Below are positions 43,393 to 62,169 of a DNA stretch of 64,000 nucleotides, piece by piece (within the stretch, counting starts at the first letter, position 1; each line of letters begins with the position of its first letter). This DNA comes from the human T2T-CHM13v2.0 reference genome, Homo sapiens, in assembly GCF_009914755.1 (NCBI RefSeq), contig NC_060928.1; one strand, written 5' to 3'. The notes beneath the pieces are model-generated. The model made no database searches and had not been told where the DNA came from. It worked only from the letters and a program-made list of their open reading frames with translations. Made by a program: the position numbers and the translations under genes.

Positions 43393-44960
43393 CTTGCTTT
43401 TTTAATGTGTGCAGAACATATAAGATGCCCACTTTTTAATTCCTGATATTATATAGTTTTTGTTAATTCAATTTTAAAATATTTATTGTTATACAGAAAT
43501 ACAGACATGTTTTGTTCGATATATCCTTTGTATCTTTTTAGTGTGTGTCTTCTTCTTGTCTTGAACGTAAATAAAGAATTAACAATTTTACTAACTCTTA
43601 AAAATAATTAGTCTTTCATTTTATTTTTCAGTATCACTTTTTGTTCCATTGGGTTTCAAACTTTTTTTTTCTTTTCTAATACAAATGTTAAAAACTGATG
43701 ATATGCAGAATGGTACATGGGAAAATCACTGATTTTGAAGTTAAGACAGACCCAGGTTCCAAGCTTGATATTACTAGTTTATAGCTATGTTACTATTTCT
43801 TGCTTTCTTCATCATAAAATGGAGAAAATGTTACCTTTCTCATAGGATAGTTGGGGAAATTAAGAGAAAAAAAGAGGTATACCTAGCTTCTTAGTTATTT
43901 TGATTATGGTATTCAAATAAAATGTGCCTCATCAAAAACTAAAATACTCATATATCAATTTTCTTAATTTTTATACTAATAAAAATATAATGAAGGAGAA
44001 ATTATAACTAATATAGCATTCGCAATATGCAGGTGTTTCATCACCTAGAACATAACATTTTCTAAAGCCAAACATAAAAAAGTTAAGAGTAATTTCAGTC
44101 TATTTCAAGACTTCTCTCCTTTTGCCTCTTGGTTTCCATTAACTAGGGAAAATCAATTTACAATTGTTATAGTCTTTTCTTCGATCTACATTTTACATCA
44201 TCACATCTATCAGTGATAAACTGTAAGTGCCATACACTTACTATATTCAAATTTTATTAATTCTCAAATTCTGAAAATACAAATGATTATATACGAACTA
44301 TTTATATAAAAACTAAAATTAAGTCTCAGTTTTAAGACTGACTGAATGAAAACTTTTACAAACATTTTATAAGGCTTGTTAGATGTCATAATTCTCTAAT
44401 GTGTTTCTCTCCTAAACTACTAATAAAGACCATCGTGGAAAACGTCAGCCAACTTACTGTACAAAGCGGGCTAGGCCTGTACCCATTACACTAAGATACT
44501 GAACTTTGCAAAGACAGCAAGCAATCTTTTCTGATCTCCTTGCAAATTTTCTTTCTTTTTAGTCTTCTCTCCTTTTGCCGCTAAAAATGTAAACATTTCA
44601 GATCATTAAAGAAATAACTGATATTCCACTTAAATGATGGCACCTAATCCATGAAAGGAGGCCTTACATGAAAAGTTTAAACAACAAAAAAAAATTTACA
44701 TAATTATCAGCCTTTACAGTAACTTGTGACTTTGCATTTATGTCTCTATTTGCTTTTAGTCTGTAACTCCCACTAGTTGTAAACCCATGTAGGCGGGGAT
44801 CTTTTCTGCTTTTGCTCACGATTACATCTGGAACAACAGGGCACATCTGGAGCAAAGTGCTCAGTGCATTATTTCCCTATCATTTCTATTTACTTTGCAT
44901 GATGAGATTTTTGCCTTTTCCAGAGATCCCTTATCTTTGAAAAATAAAATATTGCCAATT

Positions 44961-45590
44961 GTGTGAGTGTTCTATTGATGCTGTAAGAAATTACCACAAA
45001 TTTGCTGGCTTAAAATAACACAAATTTATTATCTCAAAGTTGTTTAAGTCAGAATCTGGTGATCTCAGCTTGTTTCTCTGCCTGTGTCTCACAAGGCCAA
45101 AATGAAAGTGTCTGCAGGTCTTTGTTCCTTTTCTGGATTCTAGAAGAGAATGTGTTTGAAGTGACATTCAAATTTTTGCCAGGATTGAGTTCCATGAAGA
45201 CATAGGAGCCCTAATTTTCCTGGTAGCTGTTGGCCAGCAGTCATTCTCAGCTTCTAGAGGCTGCCCTCATTGCTTTGATCTTGACTCCCCTCCTCCCTCC
45301 TCGAGGCCATCAAGGAAAGGTCAAGCTTCTCTCGTGTTTTCAATCTTTCCTCTACTTCCCTCTTCTGTTGCATCTCTCTCACTGCTCTTCTACCTTCCTC
45401 TTCTAATTTTCAGTGTCCATGTGATTAGATTGGGCCCACCTGAATAGTCCAGGTTAATCGCCCTATTTTAAGCACAGCTGGTGAGCAACTTTTTATTACA
45501 TCTGTAAAACCCTTTGCCACATAACATTAATATATTCACAGGTTCCAGGGATATGAACATGGAGGTTGAGGGGGACCATTCTTTCTACAA
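44961..45590 (-). mobile_element. MLT1 (MLT1E-like) LTR
   Basis: ctattgatgctgtaagaaattaccacaaatttgctggcttaaaataacacaaatttattatct ... atattcacaggttccaggga. Confidence 0.8.
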
Positions 45591-46884
45591 AACCAAAAGC
45601 TTATAGCATTCAGTTTTTCAGCATTCCTAATATTCCATCAGTTACTCAAATTCTACCAAACTTTTGCATACTCTCTAAGTAATCCTGGGAGTTCAGTTTA
45701 TGTCCCTACTCTGAAAAAGCAAAGCAGACTTCTGAAGGTGTGTTTTCATTATTTCTTACTGACATAGGTTCATTTGAATTTGTATTTAATAAAACCTTGT
45801 GGGTAAGGTATGAGAGCTTTTTGGAAAAGGTGCAATGAGATGGAAAACTGTCTTTTTGAACTTTTTCCCACACTAAAAAAAATATATTGTATAGTTCAAA
45901 CATATAGGAATTGTTACAATCTCTGAAAGCATGTACCCTGCAATGAATTTAATTTAATTTCTACAAAACAACTTGACTGGAAAACACAGTTCAGGAGGCC
46001 ATGCTGAACAATGAATTTCATTTATAGTGAAATAAAATTGCTACGAGTATGACTATAATCTGTACTTCATATATGACACTGATGTTACAATTTTTTGTAA
46101 CATCATTTTTCTGCCTAGCACTAAATGAAATTTTAAAGTTGTCAAAGTCAGAAATACTTTAGAATACAAATAATCCCTGTGAAATATAGTTTATATATTA
46201 AAGTCACATTGAAGTCTCAAGCTGATAAGTTTTCCTTACAAATTTTTTACAAATATAGCAGTGTTATTTTTTTCTCATTGTATTCAATTTTGATTAACAA
46301 AGATTAGGCAAACTTCAATACCTCTACTATTATCAGGATTATTATTACATATATAGAACTGTTTTGAAGTTAATGACACAGTAATCATATAAAAACTATT
46401 TTATGATGATCTCAATATACAGGAGCCTATTTTTTCTGCAAATATACATATGATGCATCTAGAACCAAGCATAACAAATAAAAAAAAAAGTACGTTGATG
46501 AAACCACCATAGCTATTCAAGCTAATGAAAACTGAGGAGAAACAACATTTCCCAAATGATTATAGCAAAAGGAAAAAAAATTACATTGGTAGAAGAATGC
46601 TCAATACCAGCCTAAGCTGCAAGATGACAAATAAATAATATGAAAGACAAAGAGATCTTGAAAACAGGTAGAGAAAAGACAAATCACCTGTAAAGAGATG
46701 ACAATTAAAGTGTAAAAATGGAAGTGATAATGGAAGTCTGAAATCAGTGGAATGACTCTTTAAAGTGCTAAGAAAACTTAAACATTAAATAGAGTGATAA
46801 AGCCAGCAAAACCATATTGCAAGTATAAGGATGAAATTAAGATTTTTTATGTTTAAAAAGCTATAGTATATACTATATAGTTCT

Positions 46885-48000
<1,116 letters not shown>

Positions 48001-48022
48001 TATATATATAAAATTAGAGTTT

Positions 48023-48060
<38 letters not shown>

Positions 48061-48068
48061 GAGAGAGA
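48023..48068 (+). repeat. Compound (TA)n(CA)n(GA)n microsatellite
   Basis: Seen directly. Confidence 0.95.
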
Positions 48069-50074
48069 AATAGCATACATATAAATTATTAAAGTTACAT
48101 ATGCATATATCTATGTGTATATTTACATGCACTTACATACATATAAAACTTCATGCCCAGTACACAATATGTACAGCTTTGAATGAATGAGTGAATAAGA
48201 GTGCTTATTACTAAAATCTTTTACCAAAGGGGTTTCTAAAAGATATATTTCAAGAATGAAAATGACCCTAGAAAGGTCTGAATGCAAAAAGAAACAATAA
48301 ATGAAGAAAATAATAAATATACATGAATCCAAACAGCAATATATTATATAAAATAATTTATAAGATCAAGTAAAAGTAAAGCTAAAGCACTGTTCAGTCA
48401 AAGAACATGGATATTGATGAAATACAAACTCTATTATGTGTGCATGTAGCAACACCAATAGTATTTACTAAAAAAGCAAAAGTAGAGTTTATATGTCCCA
48501 AATCAGTAAAGCAAACAGGTGAAATAGGGGTGGAGATGTAGAATTGTGGCTAAGACCTGAATCATTTCAATAAAAAGAAAGAGATATACACTAATAATTC
48601 ATATACTTTTCCATATATATTTTAATGCAATAATTTTTTATTTTAAAAAATGCATGGCTTGGAGGTTGTTGATTGTAACTAATAGGTAAAGCCACAAAGC
48701 TTCATAGCAATATAAAATTTGAGCTCTTCTCTGTTATTGCTTTGTAATATATTTATCATTAAAAGTTACATATAAAATAACATTCCCCAAATGCTATACT
48801 TTAAGGGATGGCTATATTGAATCTAAGTTAGTATAATTTTTCTTTATGTGTAAAAAAGACTTTTAAAATATATTTTCAATATCTTTGCATTTCTTAGAAT
48901 TTCACATTTTATTACATTTCCTCTAAATGCAAATCCCTCTCTTAGTGAAGAATAAACTACCCATATAATCTCAAGTTCAGACAATGAAAGCTTCTAACAA
49001 AACAGAATGATGTCTTAAGTTATAGAGAACTGTAATGTATTCAGGTAACCAATGCTGACTCTACAAAGTATGCTACTAAAATCAATTTTTATCACTTGAA
49101 ATCTATTGCAATTAGAGTGCAATGCCAAGTCACTGACACACTAATGGGTTTTAAAATATTTCAAAAAGAATAAGAAAATTGCAAAGTGTTTTAATTGAAA
49201 TGAAGCTCCAATAAGTATAACAAATTGGATAATATGAGCCTTCTCTAAAGCTACCATATGAAACTACCATACCATAGAGTGTTGAGTTTTAATAAATGTG
49301 CAGCATTGTCTAGCTGCACTTTATATAACAATTATCCTATATTTAACTATTTTAAAACCTTTATTATAGCTTCTACTATAAAAGAAGTTCTTTCTGTGTT
49401 CCAAGTGTTTGATTTTTAATTTCACTTTAGAACAATAGTGCAGTTTTTCCAAAGATTGGCTCTACAAAATTAGACGTGGCTTGCTTGAAAAGAATATTAT
49501 ATCTAACTGGAACATATTTTTGTTTAATTCAACTACAACAGTGCACTACATGGAAATGATTAAACTTAAATTAGAAACCAGGTTTTGTAATTCCTTGACT
49601 AAATTAATGGTTGCAAAAATGATAATTTCTGGCCACAAAGCTTGTAATAATACACAGAAAAAAAATACAGCCACTATAATAATGACAATCTTCAGTTTTT
49701 GTATCTCACCCTATTTCTTTAACCATGACTTTTTGTCATTTAGTTAATGACATTTCATTCCTTGATTCTCTGAATTTCTATGATTATATTTCCTAGGTTT
49801 GAAAAGGGCTCTTCCTTGCTCCAAAACACATGTGTTTCTACTTTTTTTATTAATTTTTCTTTCTTTATTTATTATACTTTAAGTTCTATGGTACATGTGC
49901 ACAACGTGCAGGTTTGTTACATATGTATACATGTGCCATGTTGGTGTGCTGCACCCAATAACTCGTCATTTACATTAGGTATATCTCCTAATGCTATGCC
50001 TCCCACCTCCCCTCATCCTACGACAGGCCCCAGTGTGTGATGTTACCCTTCTGGTGTCCAAGTGTTCTCATTGT

Positions 50075-53885
<3,811 letters not shown>

Positions 53886-53947
53886 TATGATGTTAGCTGG
53901 TTATTTTGCTCGTTATTGATGCAGTTTCTTCCTAGCATCGGTGGTCT

Positions 53948-54963
53948 TTACAGTTTGGCATGTTTTTGCAGTGGCTGGTACAAGTTGTTCCTTTCCATGT
54001 TTAGTGCTTCCTTCAGGAGCTCTTGTAGGACAGGCCTGGTGGTGACAAAATCTCTCAGCATTTGCTTGTCTGTAAAGGATTTTATTTCTCCTTCACTTAT
54101 GAAACTTTGTTTGGCTGGATATGAAATTTTGGGTTGAAAATTCTTTTCTTAAAGGATGTTGAATATTGGCCCCCACTCTCTTCTGGCTTGTAGAGTTTCT
54201 GCCGAGAGATCAGCTGTTAGTCTGATGGGCTTCCCTTTGTGGGTAACCCGACCTTTCTCTCTGGCTGCCCTTAACATTTTTTCCTCCATTTCAACTTTGG
54301 TGAAACTGACAATTATGTGTCTTGGAGTTGCTCTTCTCAAGGAGTATCTTTGTGGCATTCTCTGTATTTCCTGAATTTGAATGTTGGCCTGCCTTGCTAG
54401 GTTGGGGAAGTTTTCCTGGATAATATTCTGCAGAGTGTTTCCAGCTTGGTTCCATTCTCCCCGTCACTTTCAGGTACACCAGTCAGACATAGATTTGGTC
54501 TTTTCACATAGTCCCATATTTCTTGGAGGCTTTGTTCATTTCTTTTTACCCTTTTTTCTCTAAACTTCTCTTCTCGCTTCATTTCATTCATTTATCTTCC
54601 ATCACTGATACCCTTCCTTCCAATTGATCAAATCGGCTGCTGAAGCTTGTGAATTTGTCACGTAGTTCTCGTGCCATGGTTTTCAGTTCCATCAGGTCAT
54701 TTAAGGACTTCTCTACACTGATTATTCTAGTTAGCCATTCATCTAACCTTTTTTCAAGGTTTTTAGCTTCTTTGCGATGGATTTGAACTTCCTCCTTTAG
54801 CTCGGAGTACTTTGATCGTCTGAAGCCTTCTTCTCTCAACTCGTCAAAGTCATTCTCTGTCCAGCTTCGTTCCATTACTGGCAAGGAGCTGCGTTCCTTT
54901 GGAGGAGGAGAGGTGCTCTGATTTTTAGAATTTTCAGTTTCTCTGCTCTGTTTTTTTCCCCAG
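53948..54963 (-). pseudogene. L1 ORF1: L1 ORF1p remnant (start codon mutated to CTG, frameshifts)
   Basis: Fragments MERSWTENDFDELREEGFRRS, NEQSLQEIWDYVKRPNL, MPQRYSLRRATPRHIIV. Confidence 0.93.
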
Positions 54964-55989
54964 CTTTGTGGTTTTATCTACTTTGGTCTTTGATGATGGT
55001 GACGTACAAATGGGGTTTTGGTGTGGACATCCTTTCTGTTTGTTAGTTTTCCTTCTAACGGTCAGGGCCCTTGGCTGCAGGCCTGTTAGAGTTTGCTGGA
55101 GATCCACTCCAGACCCTTTTTATCTGGGTATCAGCAGCGGAGGCTGCAGAATAGCGAATATTGCTGAACAGCAAATGTTGCTGCCTGATCGTTCCTCTGG
55201 AAGCTTCGTCTCAGAGTGGTACCCGGCCGTGTGAGGTGTCAGTCTGCCCCTAATGGGGGGTGCCTCCCAGTTAGGCTACTCAGGGGTCAGGGACCCACTT
55301 GAGGAGGCAGTCTGTCCATTCTCCGATCTCAAACTCCATGCTGGGAGAACCACTACTCTCTTCAAAGCTGTCAGACAGGGACATTCAAGTCTGCAGTGGT
55401 TTCTGCCGCCTTTTGTTTGGCTATGCCCTACCCCCAGAGTTGGAGTCTACAGAGGCAGGCAGGCCTCCTTGAGCTGTGGTGGACTCCACCCAGTTTGAGC
55501 TTCCTGGCCACTTTGTTTACCTACTCAAGCCTCAGCAATGGCAGGCACCCCTCCCCCAGCCTCGCTGCCACCTTGCAGTTGGATCTCAGACTGCTGTGCT
55601 AGCAATGAGCAAGGCTCCGTGGGCATGGGACCCTCCTAGCCAGGTGCAGGAGAGAATCTCCTGGTGTGCCGTTTGCTAAGACCATTGTAAAATTGCAGTA
55701 TTAGGGTCGGACTGACCCAATTTTCCAGGTGCCGTCTGTCACAGCTTCTCTTGGCTAGGAAAGGGAATTCTCTGACCCCTTGTGCTTCCCGGGTGAGGCA
55801 ATGCCTCGCCCTGCCTCAGCTCATGCTCAGTGGGCTGCACCCACTGTCCTGCACCCACCGTCCAGCAAGCCCCAGTGAGATGAATCCAGTACCTCAGTTG
55901 GAAATGCAGTAATCACCCGTCTTCTGCGTTGCTCACGCTGGGAGCTGTAGACTGGAGCTGTTCCTATTCAGCCATCTTGGAACCTCCCC
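54964..55989 (-). promoter_or_regulatory. L1 5'UTR promoter region
   Basis: YY1 core gccatcttgg at 55971-55980; the antisense promoter would fire rightwards; ORF0 (ATG 55538) is truncated after 33 aa. Confidence 0.75.
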
Positions 55990-56609
55990 ATTTCTACACT
56001 TTTTTATCATCCACCCAGCTTAAGAAAATCTATCTCCTTCCCTTCCTACTTCCCCTTTCATCCTTTCTACATCCCTTCATCAACCCTAATACTACTATCA
56101 CATCATTCTCAAAAACAAAAACCTTTCTGTTTGAAGTGGTATTTGAAGAATTTGCACAACGATTTCTTTTGCCAGTAATATAGAAGCTATGGTGAGTATG
56201 CAAACCAGGCACAAATCTAGGGCAGTATTTTGGCCAATGACATGGCTGGGTGCTGTTCAGAAATAAAATTATAGCAGAAAGTAGCTCATATTAAAACCCT
56301 TTAAAAAATGTCTCTTTTTTTCTTTCTTCTTCCCCATAATATACACTGGGGAACACTGGGGAAGGCAGTATGGGGATTGTCTCACATTCCTTTTTTTTTA
56401 CTTTCTTCACAGCATAGCAGGCCATGACCCATTCTCAGTTTTGCACTAGTCCCTTATTCACTTGCTTCACCTTTCCTATCCTATCCCTTTATTCTCTGCA
56501 ATGCCATCAATTAGAACTGAACAGATGTTTCAAACTTTAATAAAGGATTGGCATAACAGGAATTACAATGTAACGTTAACTTTACATCAAATAAGACTAA
56601 GCTTTAGTT

Positions 56610-56796
56610 CAGTGTTTCTCAAACTAGCATGCATTAGAATCACCAGGAGGACTTGTTACAACAGAGGTTGGTTGGACTCCACCTCTAGAGTGTCTGAATC
56701 TTTAGGTCAGGTAAGCGTCTAAGAATTTGAATCTCTAATAAAGCTCCAGGTGATTTTGATGCTGTTACTCCAGGAACCACACTTTGAGAAACACTG
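56610..56796. mobile_element. MER5A hAT-Charlie MITE
   Basis: Terminal inverted repeats cagtgtttctcaaa / tttgagaaacactg; 187 bp. Confidence 0.9.
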
Positions 56797-57115
56797 TTTT
56801 AGTCTAATTTTGTGCCCTATCCTCAGGCCCACATCTCTCCATAAGAGCACATTCTTCTTCAAAACCACTATCCTTTAGGAGACATTTTGAATGATGTGGT
56901 TTCACCTCAGATTCATCTCTGCATATCTAAATTACTTTCAAAACATATTCTAGAGAACATTTGACAACTGTATATGGCATTCTCCCATGAGTCTCAAAGC
57001 ACACACTAAGGATGTCAGAAGTACTCCATTCTGGTCTCCTTCAGTGTTTTCTCTACACTGACAAGGAGTTATAAACATTCCTCATTTTCCTTCTAGTTTT
57101 CTATCAAGTAAATAT

Positions 57116-57430
57116 ACATATATATATGAAGTTAAATATATATATTTTTGGCAGAGTTTCACTCTGGTTGCCTGGGTTGGAGTGCAATGGTGGGATCTGG
57201 GCTCACTCCAACCTCCATCTCCCAGGTTCAAGTGATTCTCCTGCCTAAGCCTCCCAAATAGCGGGGATTACTGGCACCCACCACCACACCCGGCTAGTTT
57301 TTGTATTTTTAGTAGAGATGGGGTTTCACCATGTTGGCCAGGCTGGTCTCAAACTCCTGACCTCAGTTTATCCACGCACCTCAGCCTCCCAAATTGCTGG
57401 GATTACAAGTGTGAGCCACCGCGCCCGGCC
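57116..57430 (-). mobile_element. Alu (AluSq/Sp-like), tail decayed to (TA)n
   Basis: TSD ctatcaagtaaatat at 57101-57115 and 57431-57445. Confidence 0.95.
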
Positions 57431-58216
57431 CTATCAAGTAAATATTAAACCACGTATACATATTGACACACACATGCACACGACCACATACACACTTTCA
57501 TCACCAACATAAATTCTAGGTGACAGTAATATATTTGAAGTAAAAAAAGATCAACTCAAGTATTATGAACTTCCTTTATAATTTGCAAAGCCACCTCTAT
57601 TACAATGAACTTAGTTATATATAACAGTGTCACTTCCTTTCAACTAACAATCTGACTCACCTGCCCTCACCACCCCATAAAATATAATGCTCTTGTTTTT
57701 GTTTTTGGATTGTGCCAGGAATAAGAAATAAGACTATTATTGGAAAATATACCTTCAGTTTGGCTTCCAGGCCTACTCAATACTAAGACCCAATATTTGA
57801 AATCCATTATTATTTAAAGCTCTATTAATGTAACCATGGCCACCATCCTCCAAAATATATATGGAGGGGGAAGAGGGGTTCTTTCAGTCACTTGATAAGA
57901 AGTTTGTTTCAAATTCTCTTTAAAATATGTTCACCAAAGATATTCCACTGATACAAGTTACTCCATGTATTTCAAAATGAGAAATAGATGTTAAATATTT
58001 TTAGAAACAATGTGATTGTATCTGTAAGGAAAAATACTAGGTTCTTGACCAAAAAATTTAAAAATCCCAATAAAACATTAACTTTTTACCACATGATTCA
58101 GGTCAGTGAGGGTGGAGGTGGAGGTGGGGGAGGATCTATTCCAAGCAGGTATTTAGGACCCAGGCTGTCAATGGCTTTGCCATCTTCTACAGGAGACTTC
58201 CCAAGTTCTTCTGGGG

Positions 58217-58500
<284 letters not shown>

Positions 58501-58910
58501 AGAACACTGACTTCTTGGGAATACTGACTTCTTAATCAATTCATCTCCGATGTCACGTTATTTCAATTCTGTGGGCAAGAGCAAATCACAGTACCCCACC
58601 TAAACAAGACATTTAAAAAGGCAGTCACTGGTTGGGAGGCTGCTTTCCAGAGACAACTATGCGCCACAGAAGGAGAGGTTCCTATCTGTAGCAGTTATCT
58701 CTGACACAATAACAATACTGATGCTGCTAAACATGAAAATCCAAACGTTTTTATTTCTGCCTTTATTTTCCAGTCTTTGTCATATGCATAAAACATAGTT
58801 TCCAATTAATTCTCATCATAATATAATGTTATACCTTCTTTTAATCTAACGTAATCTACATGCTTTTAATAATTTTATTAAGTTAGGTGTTTCTGCTAGA
58901 GTAACATACA

Positions 58911-59724
58911 CAATCGTGAGCTGCAAAACAATGTCTTGGTCAATGATGAACCACACATCCAACAGTGGCCCCATAAAATGATAATGGAGCTGAAAAATTC
59001 CTGTTGCCTAGTGACATACTGATTATCCTGACCCTGTGTAGGCCCTGGCTAATGTGTGTGTTTGTGTCTTAGTTTTTAACAACAACAACAACAAAAAGTT
59101 GAAACTTTTTTTTCTATTTTAAAGTTTAAAAATAGAAAAAAAGCTTACAGAATAAGGATATAAAGAAAATATTTTTGTACACAGTACAATGTGTTTGTGC
59201 TTTAAACTAAGCATTATTACAAAATAATCAAAAAAGTTTTTAAAAATTTGAAAATTTATGGAGTAGAAAAGTTAGAGTAGGCTAAGGTTAATTTATTATT
59301 GAAGAAAATAATTTTAATAAATATAGTGTAGCCTAAGGGTACAGCATTCACTCAACATGCACTCACTCACTCATCCAAAGCTACTTCCAGTCTCAAAAGC
59401 TCCATTCACAGTAAGTGCCCTATACAGGTGTACCATTTTTTCATCTTTTATACTGTATTTTTACAGTATCTTTTCTGTGTTTAGATACACTATGGGGGTA
59501 ATACTTGCCATTGTGTCACAGTTGCCTATAGTATTCAGTGCAGTGATACGCTATGCAGGTTTGTAATGTAGGAGCTATAGGCTATACCATATGGCTTAGC
59601 TGTGTAGTAAGCTATATACCATCTAGGTTTGTGTAATTACGCTCTATGATGTTCATACAAGGACAATATTACCTAACAACATATTTCTCAGAGCATATTT
59701 CCATCACCAACCAACACATGACTA
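58911..59724 (+). mobile_element. Tigger3 (MER7/Golem) DNA transposon derivative
   Basis: ggtcaatgatgaaccacacat...ccccataaaatgataatggagctgaaaaattcc; ends catgacta followed by TA. Confidence 0.8.
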
Positions 59725-59871
59725 TATGTGTTCCTGAAAATCTCTGTATTTTAAAAATTCTTCCAGTAAATATAACAGTGTTTGTGGGAAATATTGGGTT
59801 GAAACAGAACTCCTCAAAACCAAAAGAACTTCATAACCTGTACACTAACAAATACTCTTCTAATTTATTTA

Positions 59872-60169
59872 TTTACCTTTTTTTGAGATGGAGTCTCACT
59901 ATGTTGCTCAGGCTGGAGTGCAGTGGCACGATCTCCCCTCACTGCAACCTCCCTGCCTTCCAGGTTGAAGCAATTCTCATGCCTCAGCCTCTGAGTAGCT
60001 GGGATTACAGGCGCGCACCACCACACCCTGCTAATTTTTCTATTTCTTTTAGTGGAGATGGGGTTTCACCATGTTGGCCAGGCTGGTCTCAAACTTCTGA
60101 CTCCAAGTGATCTGCCCACCTCAGCCTCCTAAAGTGCTGGGATTACAGGCGTGAGCCACCGCACCCAGC
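59872..60169 (-). mobile_element. Alu (AluS)
   Basis: Dimeric Alu; TSD ttctaat(t/c)tattta. Confidence 0.95.
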
Positions 60170-60195
60170 CTGTTCTAATCTATTTAAAAGATGCC

Positions 60196-61204
60196 TCATA
60201 TGTTTGTTGGCCAATTGTATGTCTTCTTTAGAGAAGTGTCTGTTCATGTCCTTTCCCCACTTAAGAATGGGGTTATTCCTTTCTTGCTGGTTGATTTGTT
60301 AAGTTCCTTATAGATTCTGGATATTAGGTCTTTGTTGAATGAATAGTTTGTGAAACTTTTCTCCCATTCTGTAGGCTGTTTACTCTGTTAATTTTTTTTT
60401 TCACTTTACAGCAGCTTACTAATCATCAGAGAAATGCAAATCAAAACCATAATGAGATACCATCACACACCAGTTAGAATTCCTATTATTAAAAAGTAAA
60501 AAAAAAAAAAAATAGATGCTGGCAAAGCTGCAGAGAAAAGGGAACACTCATACATTGTTAGTAGGAATGTAAATTGTTTCAGCCACTGTGGAAAGCAGTT
60601 TGGAGATTTCTCAAAGAACTAAAATTAGCACTACCGTTTGACACAGGAATACCATTACTGGGTATGTAACCAAAGGAAAATAAATTGTTCTACCGAAAAG
60701 ATACATGCACTGGTATGTTCAACGCAGTGCTATTCACAATAACAAAAACATGAAATTAACCTAGATGCCCAACAGTGGATTAGATAAAACAGTGGATTAG
60801 ATAAAGAAAATGTGGTACATAAACACAATGGAATACTATGCAGCCATAAAAAAGAATGAAACTGTGTCCTTGGTAGCAACTTGAATGCAGCTGGAGGCCG
60901 TTATCCTAAGTTAATTAATTCAGAAGCAGAAAACCAAATACCACATGTTCTTGCCTATAAATGGAAGCTAAACACTGGGTATACATGGACATCGAGATGG
61001 GAACAGTAGACACTGGGGACTAGAAGGAGGGAAGGAAAGGCACAAGGATTGAAAAACAATCGCCTGGGTACCATGCTCACTACCTGGGTGACAGGATCAT
61101 TCATACCCCAAACCTCAGCATCACACAATATACCCATAAAACAAATCTACACATGTACCCCCTGAATCTAAAATGAAAGTTGAAAATAAATAATAAATAA
61201 AAAA
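60196..61204 (+). mobile_element. Older L1P (PA13-16/PB-like) 3' end with 5' inversion
   Basis: Antisense ORF2 piece about 60196-60417 joined to a sense piece starting actaatcatcagagaaatgc, through 3'UTR and A tail. Confidence 0.85.
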
Positions 61205-62169
61205 GCTCTCTTAAAAAGTCAGTCTCCACAGACATCACAATCATGCCATCCTCTGCTGGGAAATTATGCCTCCTTTCACAGGAACTAGGTCGTGAGTGCA
61301 TTCACCCCTAATATAAACTAGGTTCATCAATGATAAAAATATCATTTGAGGTAGATTTTATCAATCAATGGGTAGTTGTGGAGGAGAGGCATTGTTTTGC
61401 TTTGTTTTGTTTTGTTTAATACAAAAAGAAATATCTTTGCACTTCTTTATGCTCTTCTTAAGACCTTCATAAATTGCTAAGCCTTTATCTTTAATCATAA
61501 GAAACCTTGTTTATCACAAAGATTGCTGCCTCAAAACATAAGTGCATATGAACCAAGACAACTTCTGAGCCTTACTGACTTCTTTCTCCTTTTCTCAAAT
61601 AACAGGTGAGCTAATTCACATTAAAGAAGCAAGCATGGCAGTAGAATAAACTGTTCAATTTTTATCATCAAATAATATTCCAGTTGCTTGATTTTCTGTG
61701 TTATGTTACATATTCCATTATTATTAGTTAATTTGTTTCCAATGTTTTTCTATAATATAAATGATATTGTACTTTATTTTCTTCCATTGATGTAATATTG
61801 GAATAATATTAAGTCAATATTAATTATATTATATTAATAATATAATTCAGATTTTCACCAATTTTGCTTTCATTCTCAAAATGCCTTAATTCCTTTAATA
61901 TGTTTATTTACTCATTTAAAAAGTATATAAATTTGTTTATGCATTTTTAATCTTTCCTTCTGCCTATTTTCTGTTTTTGCCTTTAAGCTCCTGAAGAAGA
62001 AAGAATATGCTTATTTTACTTCCTTTACATACCACAACTCTATCTAAAAACAATCCTTAAATCCCTGTGGTTATACTAAGCATTATGAATAGACAACAGA
62101 TTCCCAGTTGAACAGACTGCCCCAAAATGTTGATCATTTTGTGATATACTGCCTATCGTGGAAATAAAA

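Noticed and set aside
46862-46877. Palindrome tatagtatatactata
   Set aside because: Short AT-rich palindrome expected by chance.
59646-60110. 154-aa ORF, and similar ORFs at 10956, 22654, 24755, 47508 and 57318
   Set aside because: Alu-derived translations (LECSGTI..., [10 protein letters not shown]); not evidence of genes.
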